Origin: an uncultured Acidobacteriota bacterium
GTDB lineage: Bacteria > Acidobacteriota > UBA6911
Assembly: GCA_963827655.1 (NCBI GenBank)
Contig: CAWHCF010000004.1
Location: forward strand, 1-64,000
DNA length: 64,000 nt
Reading direction: 5' to 3'
In this document: one piece after another, positions 40,801-52,205 of the stretch
Position numbering within the stretch: the stretch's first letter is position 1
Layout of the letters: each line of letters starts with the position of its first letter
Notes under the pieces: generated by a model
What the model was told of the DNA's origin: nothing
Databases searched by the model: none
What the model saw: the letters and a program-made list of their open reading frames with translations, nothing else
Made by a program: the position numbers and the translations under genes

Positions 40801-41005
40801 AACCAACAATTGGGACATCGCGTTCCTCAAGGATACGGCGCTCTCTGAGAGAACTACGCTGCAATTCCGGACCGAGTTTTTCAACGCCTGGAATCACCCT
40901 CAGTTCAACATCCCGGTCTTTGATCCCACGAGCCAGGCGTTCGGGAGGATCACTTCGGTCAAGCCGGCACGGGAGATCCAGTTCGCCCTCAAACTGATTT
41001 TCTAG
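37849..41005 (+). CDS. Oar-type TonB-dependent receptor with carboxypeptidase-regulatory-like N-terminal domain (two frameshifts)
   Basis: GTITGTVTDETG, LPLNGRNFLQL, TKSGSN, FRQNQFG, QDDWKV, terminal REIQFALKLIF; ORFs 37663-39882, 39681-39980 and 39926-41005; GGAGG SD. Confidence 0.9.
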
Positions 41006-41033
41006 AGAAGGCTGAGTGGTCGCGCAAGGCGAA

Positions 41034-41240
41034 CGCCCCCGGAGGGGCGACGGAAATTAGCCCCGGAGCAAGCGAAGCGCAGCCCGGGGTTGCGGGATTA
41101 AAGTCACGCGCCCTGGAGGGGCGCGGGAGCATTGAGGGGCAGCGTCCAGCGCCCCTCCGGGGCGCATCTCTTTGCTTGTCTGTGACCGGGGGCGGCGCTT
41201 CGCTTGCCCCCCGGCTAATGTCTTTCGCCCTTTCAGGGCG
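41034..41240. repeat. Long REP-like palindromic element (nested inverted repeats)
   Basis: 41034-41093 is an imperfect reverse complement of 41182-41240; internal CGCCCTGGAGGGGCG/CGCCCCTCCGGGGCG pair. Confidence 0.8.
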
Positions 41241-41374
41241 CGAGGTGGCGTAACCCTTTGTTCTGGCCAAAGCAAGATCCGTAAGGTTCAGAGCAAGCTA
41301 CCGCACTCCAAGAAGCGTTATCGCTTCCGATTGAGGGTAAAGGTCAAGGAAGAAGTCATGATACTCCGGACAAA

Positions 41375-42619
41375 ATGCAGATTGGTCTTAATGAGTGGTT
41401 TCTTGTGGGCTCTTCCAATGGCGAGCACAACGGAGAGCAGCGCGAAAAGTCGCTCTCCCAGCGCATCGCCGCGACCGATTGGGCCAAGATTCGGGGAGTC
41501 AACTACATTCCCTCATACGGCAGGAACATGCACGAGATGTGGCGCGACTACAACCATGAAGCTTTCGATGCAGAGCTCGCCATGGCCAGGAATGTGGGCT
41601 ACAACAGTGTTCGCCTCTGGCTCAATTATTTCGCTTTTGCCGAGCGTGGTCCCAAAATGGTTGACGCCGTCGAAGACGCCGTGAAACTCTGCCGGGAACA
41701 CGGTCTCAAAGTTCTGGTCACTCTTTTTGATGGTTGCGGCATTCGTCCCCGAGCGGATGCGCGGCTGATGACGGTCAAGGAAGCCTATGATCATTTTCTT
41801 GCCAGTCCGCGTCTATCGCAGCAGCAGAAACAGATAGTCAAATTCAATTACGAGCGATTCGCTCAGGGGGTAGGACGGAACATTCTCATCCGGGTCGGGG
41901 AAGACACTCCTCCGGACATTATCGTCTGGCAACACTGGCAGCCCAACCCAGGGTACGACAAATTGGGTGAGGAGTGGTGGCCCAAGCTTGACGTCTACGT
42001 GCGGGACATTGTCGGCCGGCTGGCTGCCAACGACACGATTCTAGGATGGGATTTGATGAACGAGCCCGAGCTTGCCTCGGAGCATCCCTTCACGAACGGA
42101 TTTAACGTTCCCGAGGTCCGGAATCGAGTGATGGGTTTCACTCGACATGTTCGCGATGTAATCAAGAAAGACTACCCCAACGAGATCGTAACCGTGGGCT
42201 TTGCCGCGTTGAAGTCCTGCATGGAACATGAATCACTCGCAGATGTGCTGACCTTCCACGTCTATGCGCCCGAAAGAATGGAGGCGGAAATCGAGCAGGC
42301 CCATTCCTTCGGCGCCAAGGTTGGCAAGCCAATCTTTATTACCGAGACCCTGGCCAACTTTTCGTTCATGCCTTACGACATCGAGAAACTCGCCACCGAT
42401 GAAGGCCAGCTCGAACATTACCGAAAAGTGTTACCCATCCTGATGAAATCCCCGATCGGCTGGATGGCCTGGGGGCTTGTGGTCGGGCGCATCTTCGATT
42501 CGTATACCGACATTTTCTACGCCAATGGCCATCCTCGACCGGCCGCCATTTACCTCGAGGGCATGCTCAAAGGCCGGACCGGTTCGGGAAGTGACGCAGA
42601 GAAACCGCAGAAAAAATGA
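41375..42619 (+). CDS. Clan GH-A glycoside hydrolase (GH5/cellulase-like)
   Basis: RGVNYIP, GYNSVRLWL, GWDLMNEP (acid/base), TFHVY, KPIFITE (nucleophile); start uncertain. Confidence 0.8.
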   Translation: MQIGLNEWFLVGSSNGEHNGEQREKSLSQRIAATDWAKIRGVNYIPSYGRNMHEMWRDYNHEAFDAELAMARNVGYNSVRLWLNYFAFAERGPKMVDAVEDAVKLCREHGLKVLVTLFDGCGIRPRADARLMTVKEAYDHFLASPRLSQQQKQIVKFNYERFAQGVGRNILIRVGEDTPPDIIVWQHWQPNPGYDKLGEEWWPKLDVYVRDIVGRLAANDTILGWDLMNEPELASEHPFTNGFNVPEVRNRVMGFTRHVRDVIKKDYPNEIVTVGFAALKSCMEHESLADVLTFHVYAPERMEAEIEQAHSFGAKVGKPIFITETLANFSFMPYDIEKLATDEGQLEHYRKVLPILMKSPIGWMAWGLVVGRIFDSYTDIFYANGHPRPAAIYLEGMLKGRTGSGSDAEKPQKK

Positions 42620-42800
42620 AGGTGCCTACACAAAGGGTTCGCGCAGAAATAGGTTCGCATTCTGCTGCAGGCCCGAAGGGGCGCGATCAGCGTGCTTAGC
42701 TAATGGAAACCGGTTCATGATTGACCACCAACTCTCGCGCCAGAATGTGAAGTTATTTCTGCGCGAGCCCTAAGCATTCAATGATGATCTGGATCGTGCC

Positions 42801-44510
42801 ATGAACAACTTGGATTCCCGGCGCTTGTTTCCTTCAGGTTCAACCGCGTCTGATCACGAAGCCGGCTGCCGGCCACGTCGAGACTTCTTACGCTCGTCCT
42901 CACTCGCGGCTTTGGGTGCCGTGGCTTCGTTGACTCTTGCCGACCGATCGTTACCGGCCGTCTTACCACAGCCGAAGACCGGAAAGATCTGGATTGATGT
43001 CGAAGACGTGATCGGCGAGATCAACAAGAACCTTTACGGCCATTTTCTCGAACACGTCGGGCGCTGCATTTATGATGGCACCTGGGTGGGAGAAAATTCC
43101 AGCATTCCAAACGACAAAGGCCTTCGCCGGGATGCCATCGAGACTCTCCGCCGGTTGCGCGCCCCGGTCGTGCGGTGGCCGGGCGGCTGTTTCGCGGACT
43201 CCTATCACTGGCGCGACGGGATTGGGCCGGGCGCGAAGCGGCCCAAGCGCTGGAATCTGTGGTGGGAAAAGTACGAGTCCAACGCCTTCGGCACCGACGA
43301 GTTCATCCGGTACTGCCGCCTCGTGGGCGCTGATCCGTATCTGAGTATCAACGTGGGAACGGGGAGTGTGCAAGAGGCGCTTGACTGGCTGGAGTACTGC
43401 AATTCCGATAAAGACACCGAGAACACTCGTTTGCGCGCGTCCAACGGGTCTCCCGAACCGTACGGTGTGCGCTATTGGGGTGTCGGCAACGAAAACTGGG
43501 GCTGCGGGGGCCTGTATGACGCGAAGGACTATGCCCGGGAGTATCTACGCTACGCCATGTATCTGAAGCGCTGGTTCTGGCCGTCCAAGGGTCTTTCGGC
43601 TGTTCCGATCGAATTGGTTGCTGTCGGTCACACGGGTCCGGATTGGAATCAGATCTTTTTGGAACAGGTGCGAAACTGGCTTCCCTTGGTGGATCACCTC
43701 TCGGTCCACCGATACTTCAGGCTTCAATCCAGCCAGTCGCTCACCAAGCCCCCCGGCGGCTTTCCCGAGTGGAGCGCGGTTCAGTTCACCGATGATCAAT
43801 ACTACCTGTTGGTCAGCCGGGTCCAGCAACTCGAGCAGGATATCCAGGAAGCTTTGAACCTGATCGATTACTATGTCGCAGGTCGCAAGAAGATCGGGCT
43901 GATCGTGGATGAATGGGGCACCTGGCACCCGGAAGCCACATTCGAGACCGGATTCTACCAGCAGAATGCGATGCGTGATGCGATCATAGCCGCCTCAGTA
44001 TTCAATCTCCTCAACAGCCGCTGCCGGGAGATTGTCATGGCGAATATCGCTCAAGCTTTCAATATCCTGCACGCCGTAGCGTTGACGCAGGACTCGCAAA
44101 TGATTCTTACTCCCACCTTCCATGTCCATGAGATGTATCTGCCTCACCAGGGAGCGAAGCTGGTGCGTTCAAGAATAGAGACGCCCAGCTATGAAGTTCA
44201 AGAAGAGGGGAGAAAGCGCAGGCGCGATGCGGTAAATGTCTCCGCATCGCTCAAAAACAATCGGCTTTTTCTGACCGCCGTGAACGAGGACCTTGCCCAA
44301 GGCCTCGAATTCGAGATAACGCTGCGCGGCGCCCGTCCTGGAAGCGCAACAGGGCGGCGGCTCTGGTCGCAAAGCGTCAGGGACCACAACACGTTTGCAA
44401 ATCCGGACCAGGTCAAGCCGGCGTCCTTTAAACCGATTCTCAAAGGCGGTGAATTCCGGATTGAGCTGCCGGCGCACTCCATCAACGCCATCGAAATCGA
44501 TCTGGTCTAG
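42801..44510 (+). CDS. Alpha-L-arabinofuranosidase (GH51), Tat-exported
   Basis: RRDFL Tat motif; YGHFLEH, RWPGGCFAD, FGTDEF, VGNENWGCG, VDEWGTW, MANIAQ. Confidence 0.93.
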   Translation: MNNLDSRRLFPSGSTASDHEAGCRPRRDFLRSSSLAALGAVASLTLADRSLPAVLPQPKTGKIWIDVEDVIGEINKNLYGHFLEHVGRCIYDGTWVGENSSIPNDKGLRRDAIETLRRLRAPVVRWPGGCFADSYHWRDGIGPGAKRPKRWNLWWEKYESNAFGTDEFIRYCRLVGADPYLSINVGTGSVQEALDWLEYCNSDKDTENTRLRASNGSPEPYGVRYWGVGNENWGCGGLYDAKDYAREYLRYAMYLKRWFWPSKGLSAVPIELVAVGHTGPDWNQIFLEQVRNWLPLVDHLSVHRYFRLQSSQSLTKPPGGFPEWSAVQFTDDQYYLLVSRVQQLEQDIQEALNLIDYYVAGRKKIGLIVDEWGTWHPEATFETGFYQQNAMRDAIIAASVFNLLNSRCREIVMANIAQAFNILHAVALTQDSQMILTPTFHVHEMYLPHQGAKLVRSRIETPSYEVQEEGRKRRRDAVNVSASLKNNRLFLTAVNEDLAQGLEFEITLRGARPGSATGRRLWSQSVRDHNTFANPDQVKPASFKPILKGGEFRIELPAHSINAIEIDLV

Positions 44511-44826
44511 ACACCGCGTGTGATTCTTCGGCCACCGGCATTGCTGGCAATCGTCTTTCGGAACGCTGATCATTGAGCGCGGGTCCGAAGGCTACCTTAG
44601 AGTCGCAGGCAGCACAGTCAGAGTCTTGAGCAAAGGAGCTTACCGGCACGATCAACCCGGTCTGAATTATCGCCAGCTAGACACGTCCGATTCGGGCGCT
44701 TGCTTCGAGAAAATGCCATGCCGCGCCTTCAGGCCGCTGGGAAGGTTTGCTGCGCACAAGGAGCGTTCGAAACTCCTTACCTGCCGAAGATGATTCAGCA
44801 AGTCACGAAGCCGCAGATTCGTAGAG

Positions 44827-46406
44827 ATGGCGAATATCTTCATACAACCCTGTGATGAGGGTGTGATCAGATCGCGGCCTGCCGGCGCTCCATGCGGGCG
44901 CTCTGCCGAGCCGTGGATTCTGACCGCGACGATTCTGGGGTCAAGCCTGGCTTTCATTGACGGAACGGTCGTTAATGTAGCTCTGCCGGCGCTACAAGAG
45001 AGCCTGAACGCGACGGCTCTGCAAGTGCTGTGGGTGGTTGAATCATACGCACTTTTCCTCGCCGCGCTGCTTCTGGTCGGAGGCTCGATGGGCGACCGCT
45101 TTGGCAGGCGGCGGAGTCTTCTGCATCGGCATCGCTCTCTTCGCATCGGCATCAATCTGGTGTGGATCGGCTGCGAGCATCGAGCAACTCATCATCGCGC
45201 GCGCATTGCAAGGCGTGGGCGGCGCGCTGCTTGTGCCCGGAAGCCTGGCGATCATCAGCGCCTCCTTTGATGAGGAGAGACGCGGGCGGGCCATCGGCAC
45301 GTGGTCAAGTTTAACGGCGATGACCGGAGCCATCGGCCCGGTCCTCGGCGGCTGGCTGATTGAAAATGTCTCGTGGCGCGCCGTTTTCTTCATCAATCTA
45401 CCGCTGGCAGTCGTGGTGCTCCTGATCTCTTTCTGGCGCGTGCCTGAGAGCCGGAAGGGCGAGAGAAGACAAAAGTCTGGACTGGTGGGGCGCAGGGCTG
45501 GTGACTCTGGGTTTGGGGGGGATTGTGTACGGCCTGATCGAGGCATCGCGACTGAGCTTCAGTCATCCTCTGGTAGTGGCTGCGCTCGTCGTCGGCGCGT
45601 TGTCGCTGGCGGCATTTCTCGCCGTTGAAGCCCGCTCGCGCAACCCGATGCTGCCCCTTTCGCTCTTTCGCTCGCGCCAGTTTAGCGGGGCCAATCTACT
45701 GACGCTCTTTCTTTACACAGCACTGAGCGGCGCCATGTTTTTTCTTCCGCTCAACTTGATTCAGGTACAGGGGTATCAAGCGACCGCTGCAGGGGCTGCC
45801 TTGCTTCCTTTCATTCTCATCATGTTCTTACTGTCACGATGGTCGGGGGGATTGGTAAAAAGCCATGGGGCGAAGTTACCGCTTGTCGTCGGCCCCGTGG
45901 TCGCCGCTCTGGGATACGTCTTGTTCATGATTCCGAGTACCCGCAGCAATTACTGGACCAGCTTTTTCCCGGCTGTGGTCGTCCTAGGACTGGGAATGGC
46001 AGTGAGTGTTGCGCCGCTTACCACCACAGTGATGAACGCCGTGGGAGAGAAGCGCGCTGGGATTGCCTCGGGCGTCAGTAACGCCGTTGCACGCACTGCC
46101 GGGTTGCTCGGGATTGCGGTTCTGGGCACGTTGATTTTATCGGCATTCAACCACGAGCTTGAGCGCCGCTTGGTCCAGTTTGATATCGCACCCGAAGCGC
46201 GGCGCGCGGTTGATGAGCAGCGAGTCCGGCTGGCCGGAGCGGAACTGCCGTCGAGCATCAACAACGAGACTCGGAAGGTGTTGAGACAAGCGATCAACGA
46301 ATCCTTTGTCTTCGGCTTTCGCCTGGTAATGGCGACGGCGGTGGGGCTCGCACTGGCAAGTGCCCTGGTCGCATTGGTCATGATCCAGGGCAAGGCGCGG
46401 CCGTAA
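44827..46406 (+). CDS. MFS transporter (DHA2/EmrB-like), two frameshifts
   Basis: AFIDGTVVNVALP, GDRFGRR, RALQGVGGALLVPGSLAII, GIASGVSNAVAR in three overlapping frames. Confidence 0.88.
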
Positions 46407-46625
46407 TCAATGTTCCTTAGCGTCTTCGCGTCTTCGTGTGCTGAAGCGCAAGACGCGGCTGCCGGGCCAACCCTCTCACCCGGACACAAATTATTGCGCT
46501 TGACTGACTGAAGACCATTTAAGATGCTTCGCGTTTCTTCGCGCTTCGTGGTTAGTTCGAGCCGAACGACAACCAACCTCTAAGACTCGAAGACTCGAAG
46601 AAACGCCGGTCGGGTTGAAACACGA

Positions 46626-48606
46626 ATGGAACCGTCTCCTGCCGAACTTGTCTTGAAGCTTCCGATTTCCGAGCCCTCCCAGCGCTCGAGTCCCTTGAAA
46701 CAATGGTTGTTTCGAGGTGAGCATCTGGACGAGAAGCGAGGCCATCCCAGCACGCACCCCTGGTACATGGTGCTCTGGCTCACCGGCGTCGACTATTTCT
46801 CGACTCTCGGCTATCAACCGGGAATCGCGCTTCTGGCAGCCGGATCTCTCTCTCCGCTGGCTACGGCCATTCTTGTGGCCGTCACTCTCTTCGGCGCACT
46901 CCCGATCTACTCCCAGGTTGCCTCGCGTTCCTATGCCGGCCAGGGTTCGATTGCGATGCTGGAGAACCTGCTCAAGGGCTGGACCGCCAAGATTTTCGTT
47001 CTCGTGCTGCTGGGCTTTGCCGCGACCGATTTCGTGATTACGATGACTCTTTCCGCTGCCGATGCCGCTCAGCATGCCATCGAGAATCCGCTGTTTCGCA
47101 CCTACCTGGGAGAAGCGCGGGTAAGCCTCACGCTCGGGTTTCTTGCGCTTCTCGCGGTGGTCTTTATGAAAGGATTCCGGGAAGCCATCGGTCTGGCGGG
47201 GACGGTTGCGGTCCCCTACCTGGTCCTGAATCTTGTCGTCCTGATTCGCGGCCTCTGGGAAATTCTTGAACATCCCGAACTGCTCAGCCGGTGGAAGCTG
47301 GACCTGGCCGGTCATGGAGACTGGCAATCCCTGTTTCTGGTCTCTCTGGTGGTCTTTCCGAAGCTCGCGCTGGGAATGAGCGGATTCGAGACCGGGGTCT
47401 CGGTCATGCCTCTAGTCGAAGGGGGCGCCGGAGACCGTTTCCGGGAGCGCCCGCTGCTTCGGATTCTTGCCACTCGCAAGCTCCTTGCCGCCGCCGCCCT
47501 GATCATGAGCGTCCTGTTGCTGCTGTCGAGCTTCGTGACCGCTCTTCTGGTGCCGCCTGAAGCGTACAGGCTGGGCGGTCCCGCCAGCGGGAGAGCAATC
47601 GCTTATCTTGCGCATGAACTGCTCGGCCACTCTTTCGGAACCGTCTACGATATCTCGACCATTCTCATTCTGTGGTTCGCCGGGGCATCAGCGATGGCGG
47701 GGTTGCTGAACCTGATACCCCGATATCTGCCGCGCTACGGCATGGCGCCTCGATGGGTCTCGCACGCGCGTCCTCTGGTCCTGCTCCTGTTCGCGATTGA
47801 CGCTGTGGTTACAGTTATCTTCGAAGCCAACGTCGAGGCTCAGGGAGGCGCCTATGCCACGGGCGTTCTTGTGCTGATGCTTTCGGCTGCTGTCGCCGTC
47901 GCCCTGGCATTCCGGGGCGAGGCTCGTGCCGAGCCCGCGCGCCAGAGCGCGCTGATGCGCTACAGTTTGTATTTTTGGGTCATCGCGGCGGTATTCTTGT
48001 TCACGCTCGTGGACAACGTCATCGAGCGCCCCGACGGTATCGTCATCGCCAGTGTATTCATCGTCGCGATTCTAATCTTCAGCGGACTCAGCCGGCTCTG
48101 GCGGGCGACGGAGCTGCGGGTGACGGAGGCGCAGTTCGTCGACGAGCGCTCGGCCCACCTCTGGCGCTCGATCCAGGGAAAGAAGGTACACCTCGTTCCG
48201 CTTAAGAACGCCACGCCGCAAGCGCGTGCGCGCAAGGCCGCCGAACTGCGCAGGCATTATGCGGCCAAGGGACCGCTGGCATTCGTGCACGTTAACCTGC
48301 GTGGATAACCGGAGCGAATTCCTCACGCCCCTTCGGGTGGAGGTATCATCGCATGACCAGGACTACCTGGTGATGGTATCGGGGGCCATTGCGACGGCCA
48401 ACAGCATTGCCTTCATCAGCGAAGCTATCGACCCGCTCAGCATCTTTCTCGGCTTGACGCGAGAGAATTTGATGGTGCAGTCGCTGCGTTACCTGCTGTG
48501 GGGCGAGGGAGAAACCGGACTCATGGTCTACACGATACTCCTGCGCTACTGGGAGTCGACGGCCGAGGAGGATGTTCGTCCCTTTATTTTCCTGATGAGC
48601 GAGTGA
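46626..48606 (+). CDS. APC-like amino acid transporter with C-terminal soluble domain (frameshift near 48300)
   Basis: LTGVDYFSTLGYQPGIA, GFAATDFVITMTLS, SGFETGV, QGGAYATGVL; continues in 48226-48606 (LLWGEGETG). Confidence 0.85.
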
Positions 48607-48909
48607 GGACGGTTCGCTTCACGCCGGGAACCCGTTAAGCGCCTCAACTTTTCTGATGAACATGGGGCTTGATAGTGGTCAATTGCGGCGGGCCGGCCAG
48701 GACGGCCTTTGCGCGCGCGTGATGGTGTCGAGGTCGCGTTCGCACTGCGTAGTTCGCTGGAGCAGGGCCGATGATTAATAGTCCCGAGCAAATAACCACA
48801 CCGTACCGCATGATCCAGCATCGTTTCGGTGGAATGGGAATTCAGGTTCGAATCGGGCGGCCGCGGTCGGCAAGGCGTGATATACTTCGCACTATATCTG
48901 GAGATTTAT

Positions 48910-49146
48910 ATGGGTAAGCCCTTGATGATCATGGAAGACGACGATCTGAGGATTGAAAGACTCAAGAAGAAGCTGGGAATTCGGAGCAAGGTGGATGTCC
49001 TGAGGGCCGGGATCGAACTTCTCGAGAAAGAAGCCGAGCGCAAGGAAAAGATCCAAAGGTGGAAACGTGCCGCGGCTCTCGTCTCCAGGACGAGCCGGGA
49101 AGTGAACCGGGCATTCCAACCATACACCAGGCTGAAACGGATTTGA
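48910..49146 (+). CDS. Putative antitoxin (RHH/CopG-like)
   Basis: Small basic/acidic protein whose stop overlaps the toxin start (TTGA). Confidence 0.7.
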   Translation: MGKPLMIMEDDDLRIERLKKKLGIRSKVDVLRAGIELLEKEAERKEKIQRWKRAAALVSRTSREVNRAFQPYTRLKRI

Positions 49147-49496
49147 TCTCGCCTCCCGAACGCTGGCACATTTACGTCGTTGACCTCGCACCGCGCGTCG
49201 GCACGAAGCCCGGAAAGCAGCGTCCTTGTCTGGCGATCCAGCCTGCGGAATTCGGCGAGGGCGGCCTCAACAGCACGGTTGTTCTACCAGTGACGTCGAA
49301 AACCGTGCAGGGCGATGCGTTTCCACTGAGGGTGCGCATTCCTAAGGGAATCGGCGGTCTCAATTATGACAGCGACATTCTCGTGGATCAGATTCTTGCG
49401 TGGGATAATTTACTCTTTCGCCGTGAGCTGGGGATCTTGCCCGACGCTCTGGTCGAAGAAGTAAAGGCGGCATTGAGAGATTTTCTGGATCTTTAG
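49143..49496 (+). CDS. PemK/MazF family toxin
   Basis: IYVVDLAPRVGTKPGKQRPCLAIQ...TVVLPVTS...ILVDQI; TTG start. Confidence 0.9.
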   Translation: MISPPERWHIYVVDLAPRVGTKPGKQRPCLAIQPAEFGEGGLNSTVVLPVTSKTVQGDAFPLRVRIPKGIGGLNYDSDILVDQILAWDNLLFRRELGILPDALVEEVKAALRDFLDL

Positions 49497-49554
49497 AAAT
49501 CAGTGTAGACGATCTAGGACTGCGCCTCTTTTCGGATAGAATGCGAGGCGGATC

Positions 49555-50905
49555 ATGCGCCCGAATCCCGCTTCCAGCCTCGCACTCTCGATTGCTCTCG
49601 GACTGCTCCCGTTTGTCGCGGCCACGATCGAGGATCCCCCTTCCTCGGCCGAGTTCGAGGGGATCTACCGGCAGGCAATCTCAATCCGCGAGCGGCGCCT
49701 GGGGCCGGATCATCCGAAGGTGGGCGAGAGTCTGACGAATCTGGCGCTGCTGCTCCGCAACCGAGGGGACCTTGTCGACCGCCGAGCCGCTTCTCCGACG
49801 CGCCCTGGCGATTCGCGAAAAAGCCTTCGGCCCCACCGATCCCAGGATTGCGGCGGATCTCGAGAACCTGGCTTCAATGCTCGAAGCGCGGCGCGATTAT
49901 GGAGGCGCCGAGAGCCTGTACCGCCGCGCGCTGGCAATTCGAGAGAAGGCCGGTGCGGCCAAGCCTCTCGACCTTGCTGCCACCGTCACCAGGCTGAGCG
50001 CGCTGCTCGAAAACAAAGGCGATCTCGACGGCGCTGTCGCGCTCAGCCGGCGCGCTCTCGCCCTGCGAGAAAAAATCCTGGGACCTGCGCACGCCGACGT
50101 CGGTATCCATCTCAACAATCTCGGTCTCCTCCTCGAGAGCAAGGGAGATGACGTGGCTGCCGAAAGGCTCTACCGACGGGCGCTTGGGGTGCTCGAAAAG
50201 GCGCTCGGACCCGATCATCCCGAGCTTGGGGCTGCGATGAACAACCTGGCCGGCGTCTTGAGGTCACGGGAAGACTACCAGGGCGCAGAAAGCCTGTATC
50301 GCCGCGCGCTGGCAATCTACGAAAGCACCGTCGGCACGGATCATCCGCTCGTGGCCACGACACTCAGCAACCTGGCCCAGGTTAGAGTCGCGCGCGGCGA
50401 TCAGAACGGAGCCGAAGCGCTTTCGCGGCGCGCGCTCTCCATCCGGGAAAAAGCCCTCGGTGGCGGCGACATCGAGGTCGCAGCCGTCCTGAGCCAGCTT
50501 GCCGGGATCATCTCCGCGAAGGGAGACTACGGTGCCGCAATTCCACTCTACCGACGCGCGCTAGAGATCCAGGAGAGGGGGCTCGAGCCGGACCATCCGG
50601 ACATCGCCGATACGCTCGGTGGTCTCGGAGTCGCATATAAGGCCCAGGGCGACTTGAGCGCTGCGGAAAGCGCCGTGCGGCGGGCTCTGGCGATCTTCGA
50701 GAAGGCGCTTGGACCGAATCATCCTGAAGTCGCAAAGCAGGCAATCAACCTCGCCTCTCTGCTGGCCGCGCGCGGCGACGACGCCGGCGCTATACAGCTG
50801 TACCGGCGCGCTCTACCGATCGCCGAAAAGGTATTCGGGTCTCAGCATGCGCTGGTGAGTCAAGCCCGGAAAAATCTGTCCGAGCTCGAGCGAAAAATAC
50901 GGTGA
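49555..50905 (+). CDS. Exported TPR protein (kinesin-light-chain-like 42-aa repeats), frameshift near 49770
   Basis: Repeated LGPDHP..A..LNNLA...AE.LYRRALAI.EK. Confidence 0.88.
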
Positions 50906-50953
50906 ATCTCAGCTCCACGAAGAATTTCTAAGCGTACTTGTGGTTAGCGCTGC

Positions 50954-52023
50954 TCACCGTATGGGTTTCAGCGAAGATCCCTCCCGGTAGACGCCGATCC
51001 AGTGATTGGTGAACTGCAGGTGTTTCCGGGGTTCTACGCCCGGCATGTGGCACCGGATGCAGTCGGTGAGCGCCGCAGCGGTCTTGACTGCCGGATGTGC
51101 GGCGCTCTTGTGGCAGGCGGCGCAGCGTTCGTTGTAATAGGAAGACTCTTTTTTCCGCAGCGCCCTGTGGGGCTCATGGCAACTGAGGCACGAGAGCGCA
51201 TCCCGGCTCTTCCGGAAGCACGCGCTCTGCTCGAGATAAAGCGGCTGGTGGCGTGTGTTCCAGGGATCGTTCCAGTTGGTGGCGGCCCCAGGCGGCGCGG
51301 GCTTGCGGTGACATGTTCCGCACAACTGATTGAGTTCCCCGCCGGGGAGCCGCCCGGGGTTCCGGATCGTCCGTCGCCCCCCTCAGCCTCGTTCCGACCG
51401 GCGGCCGCGGCGTGAAGGCGTCCCGGTCCGTGGCAAGCCTCGCAGCGTACGCCGAGCTCGCCCGGCCTGACTTCGAGCTTCTCGCCGAGCGTCAAGCGCC
51501 CGGTCGAATGACATCGAAAGCAGCGCAGGATGGCCGGGTCGGGATCGAAGGTCCGGTAGAGCAGGCCAAAAGCAGCCTTGAGACTCCCGGCTTTGAGGCT
51601 CTGGTGTCCCGGAGTCGCGTCCAGTGTCCTGGCCGCGGCATAGTACGTGAAGTAGTGCTCGACGTAAGAGTCTTCGTCCACCTGGCTCACAAATGTGACC
51701 GCATGGTTGCCCGAGCCAAAGGCCCACTCAATCGGCATTTCCGCGCCGTTCTTTCCGTCCGAGATCCTCACCTTGAACTGGTTCGCGTTCAGCTCAAACG
51801 TGAACTGAAAGTTGGACGCGCGCTTGAGCGGTCCGGGCGGAGCAAAAGACTTCGTCAATGGATGGCTGGTTGCGGGTCGAAGGGACGCGGCATGGCCGCT
51901 CGACGACTGCTCGCTGAGCTGGGCCGGATGGCACGCTCCACAGGCTTGCGCTCCAATGTAGTCGTTCTCTTGAACCGGGGCGAAGACAAGAGCGATCAGA
52001 AGCGCCTGGATGAGCATCTCCAC
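50954..52023 (-). CDS. Multiheme c-type cytochrome (c554-like, 7 CxxCH), frameshift near 51350
   Basis: CGACH, CFRCH, CEACHGPG in 51034-52023; CGTCH, CLSCH, CAACH, CIRCHMP in 50954-51325. Confidence 0.88.
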
Positions 52024-52024
52024 C

Positions 52025-52200
52025 AGGATTTAGGATCTAGGATTTAGGATTTAGGGTCTGGCCAGGATTCAGGCTGAATCTGGATCCTTGATCCTAAATC
52101 CTGGATTATAATCCAGGATTCAGGATGATTGCGTGATCTAGGATTAAGTAGAGCCTGCCAGACTGATCCACTAAATCCTAGATCCTAAATCCTAAATCCT
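52025..52200. repeat. Heptamer tandem/inverted repeat element (AGGATTT)n...(AAATCCT)n
   Basis: AGGATTT AGGATCT AGGATTT AGGATTT at 52025-52052; AAATCCT AGATCCT AAATCCT AAATCCT at 52173-52200. Confidence 0.9.
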
Positions 52201-52205
52201 AGAAT

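Noticed and set aside
52025-52200. CRISPR array
   Set aside because: Period-7 tandem and inverted repeats without unique spacers; no cas genes in the window
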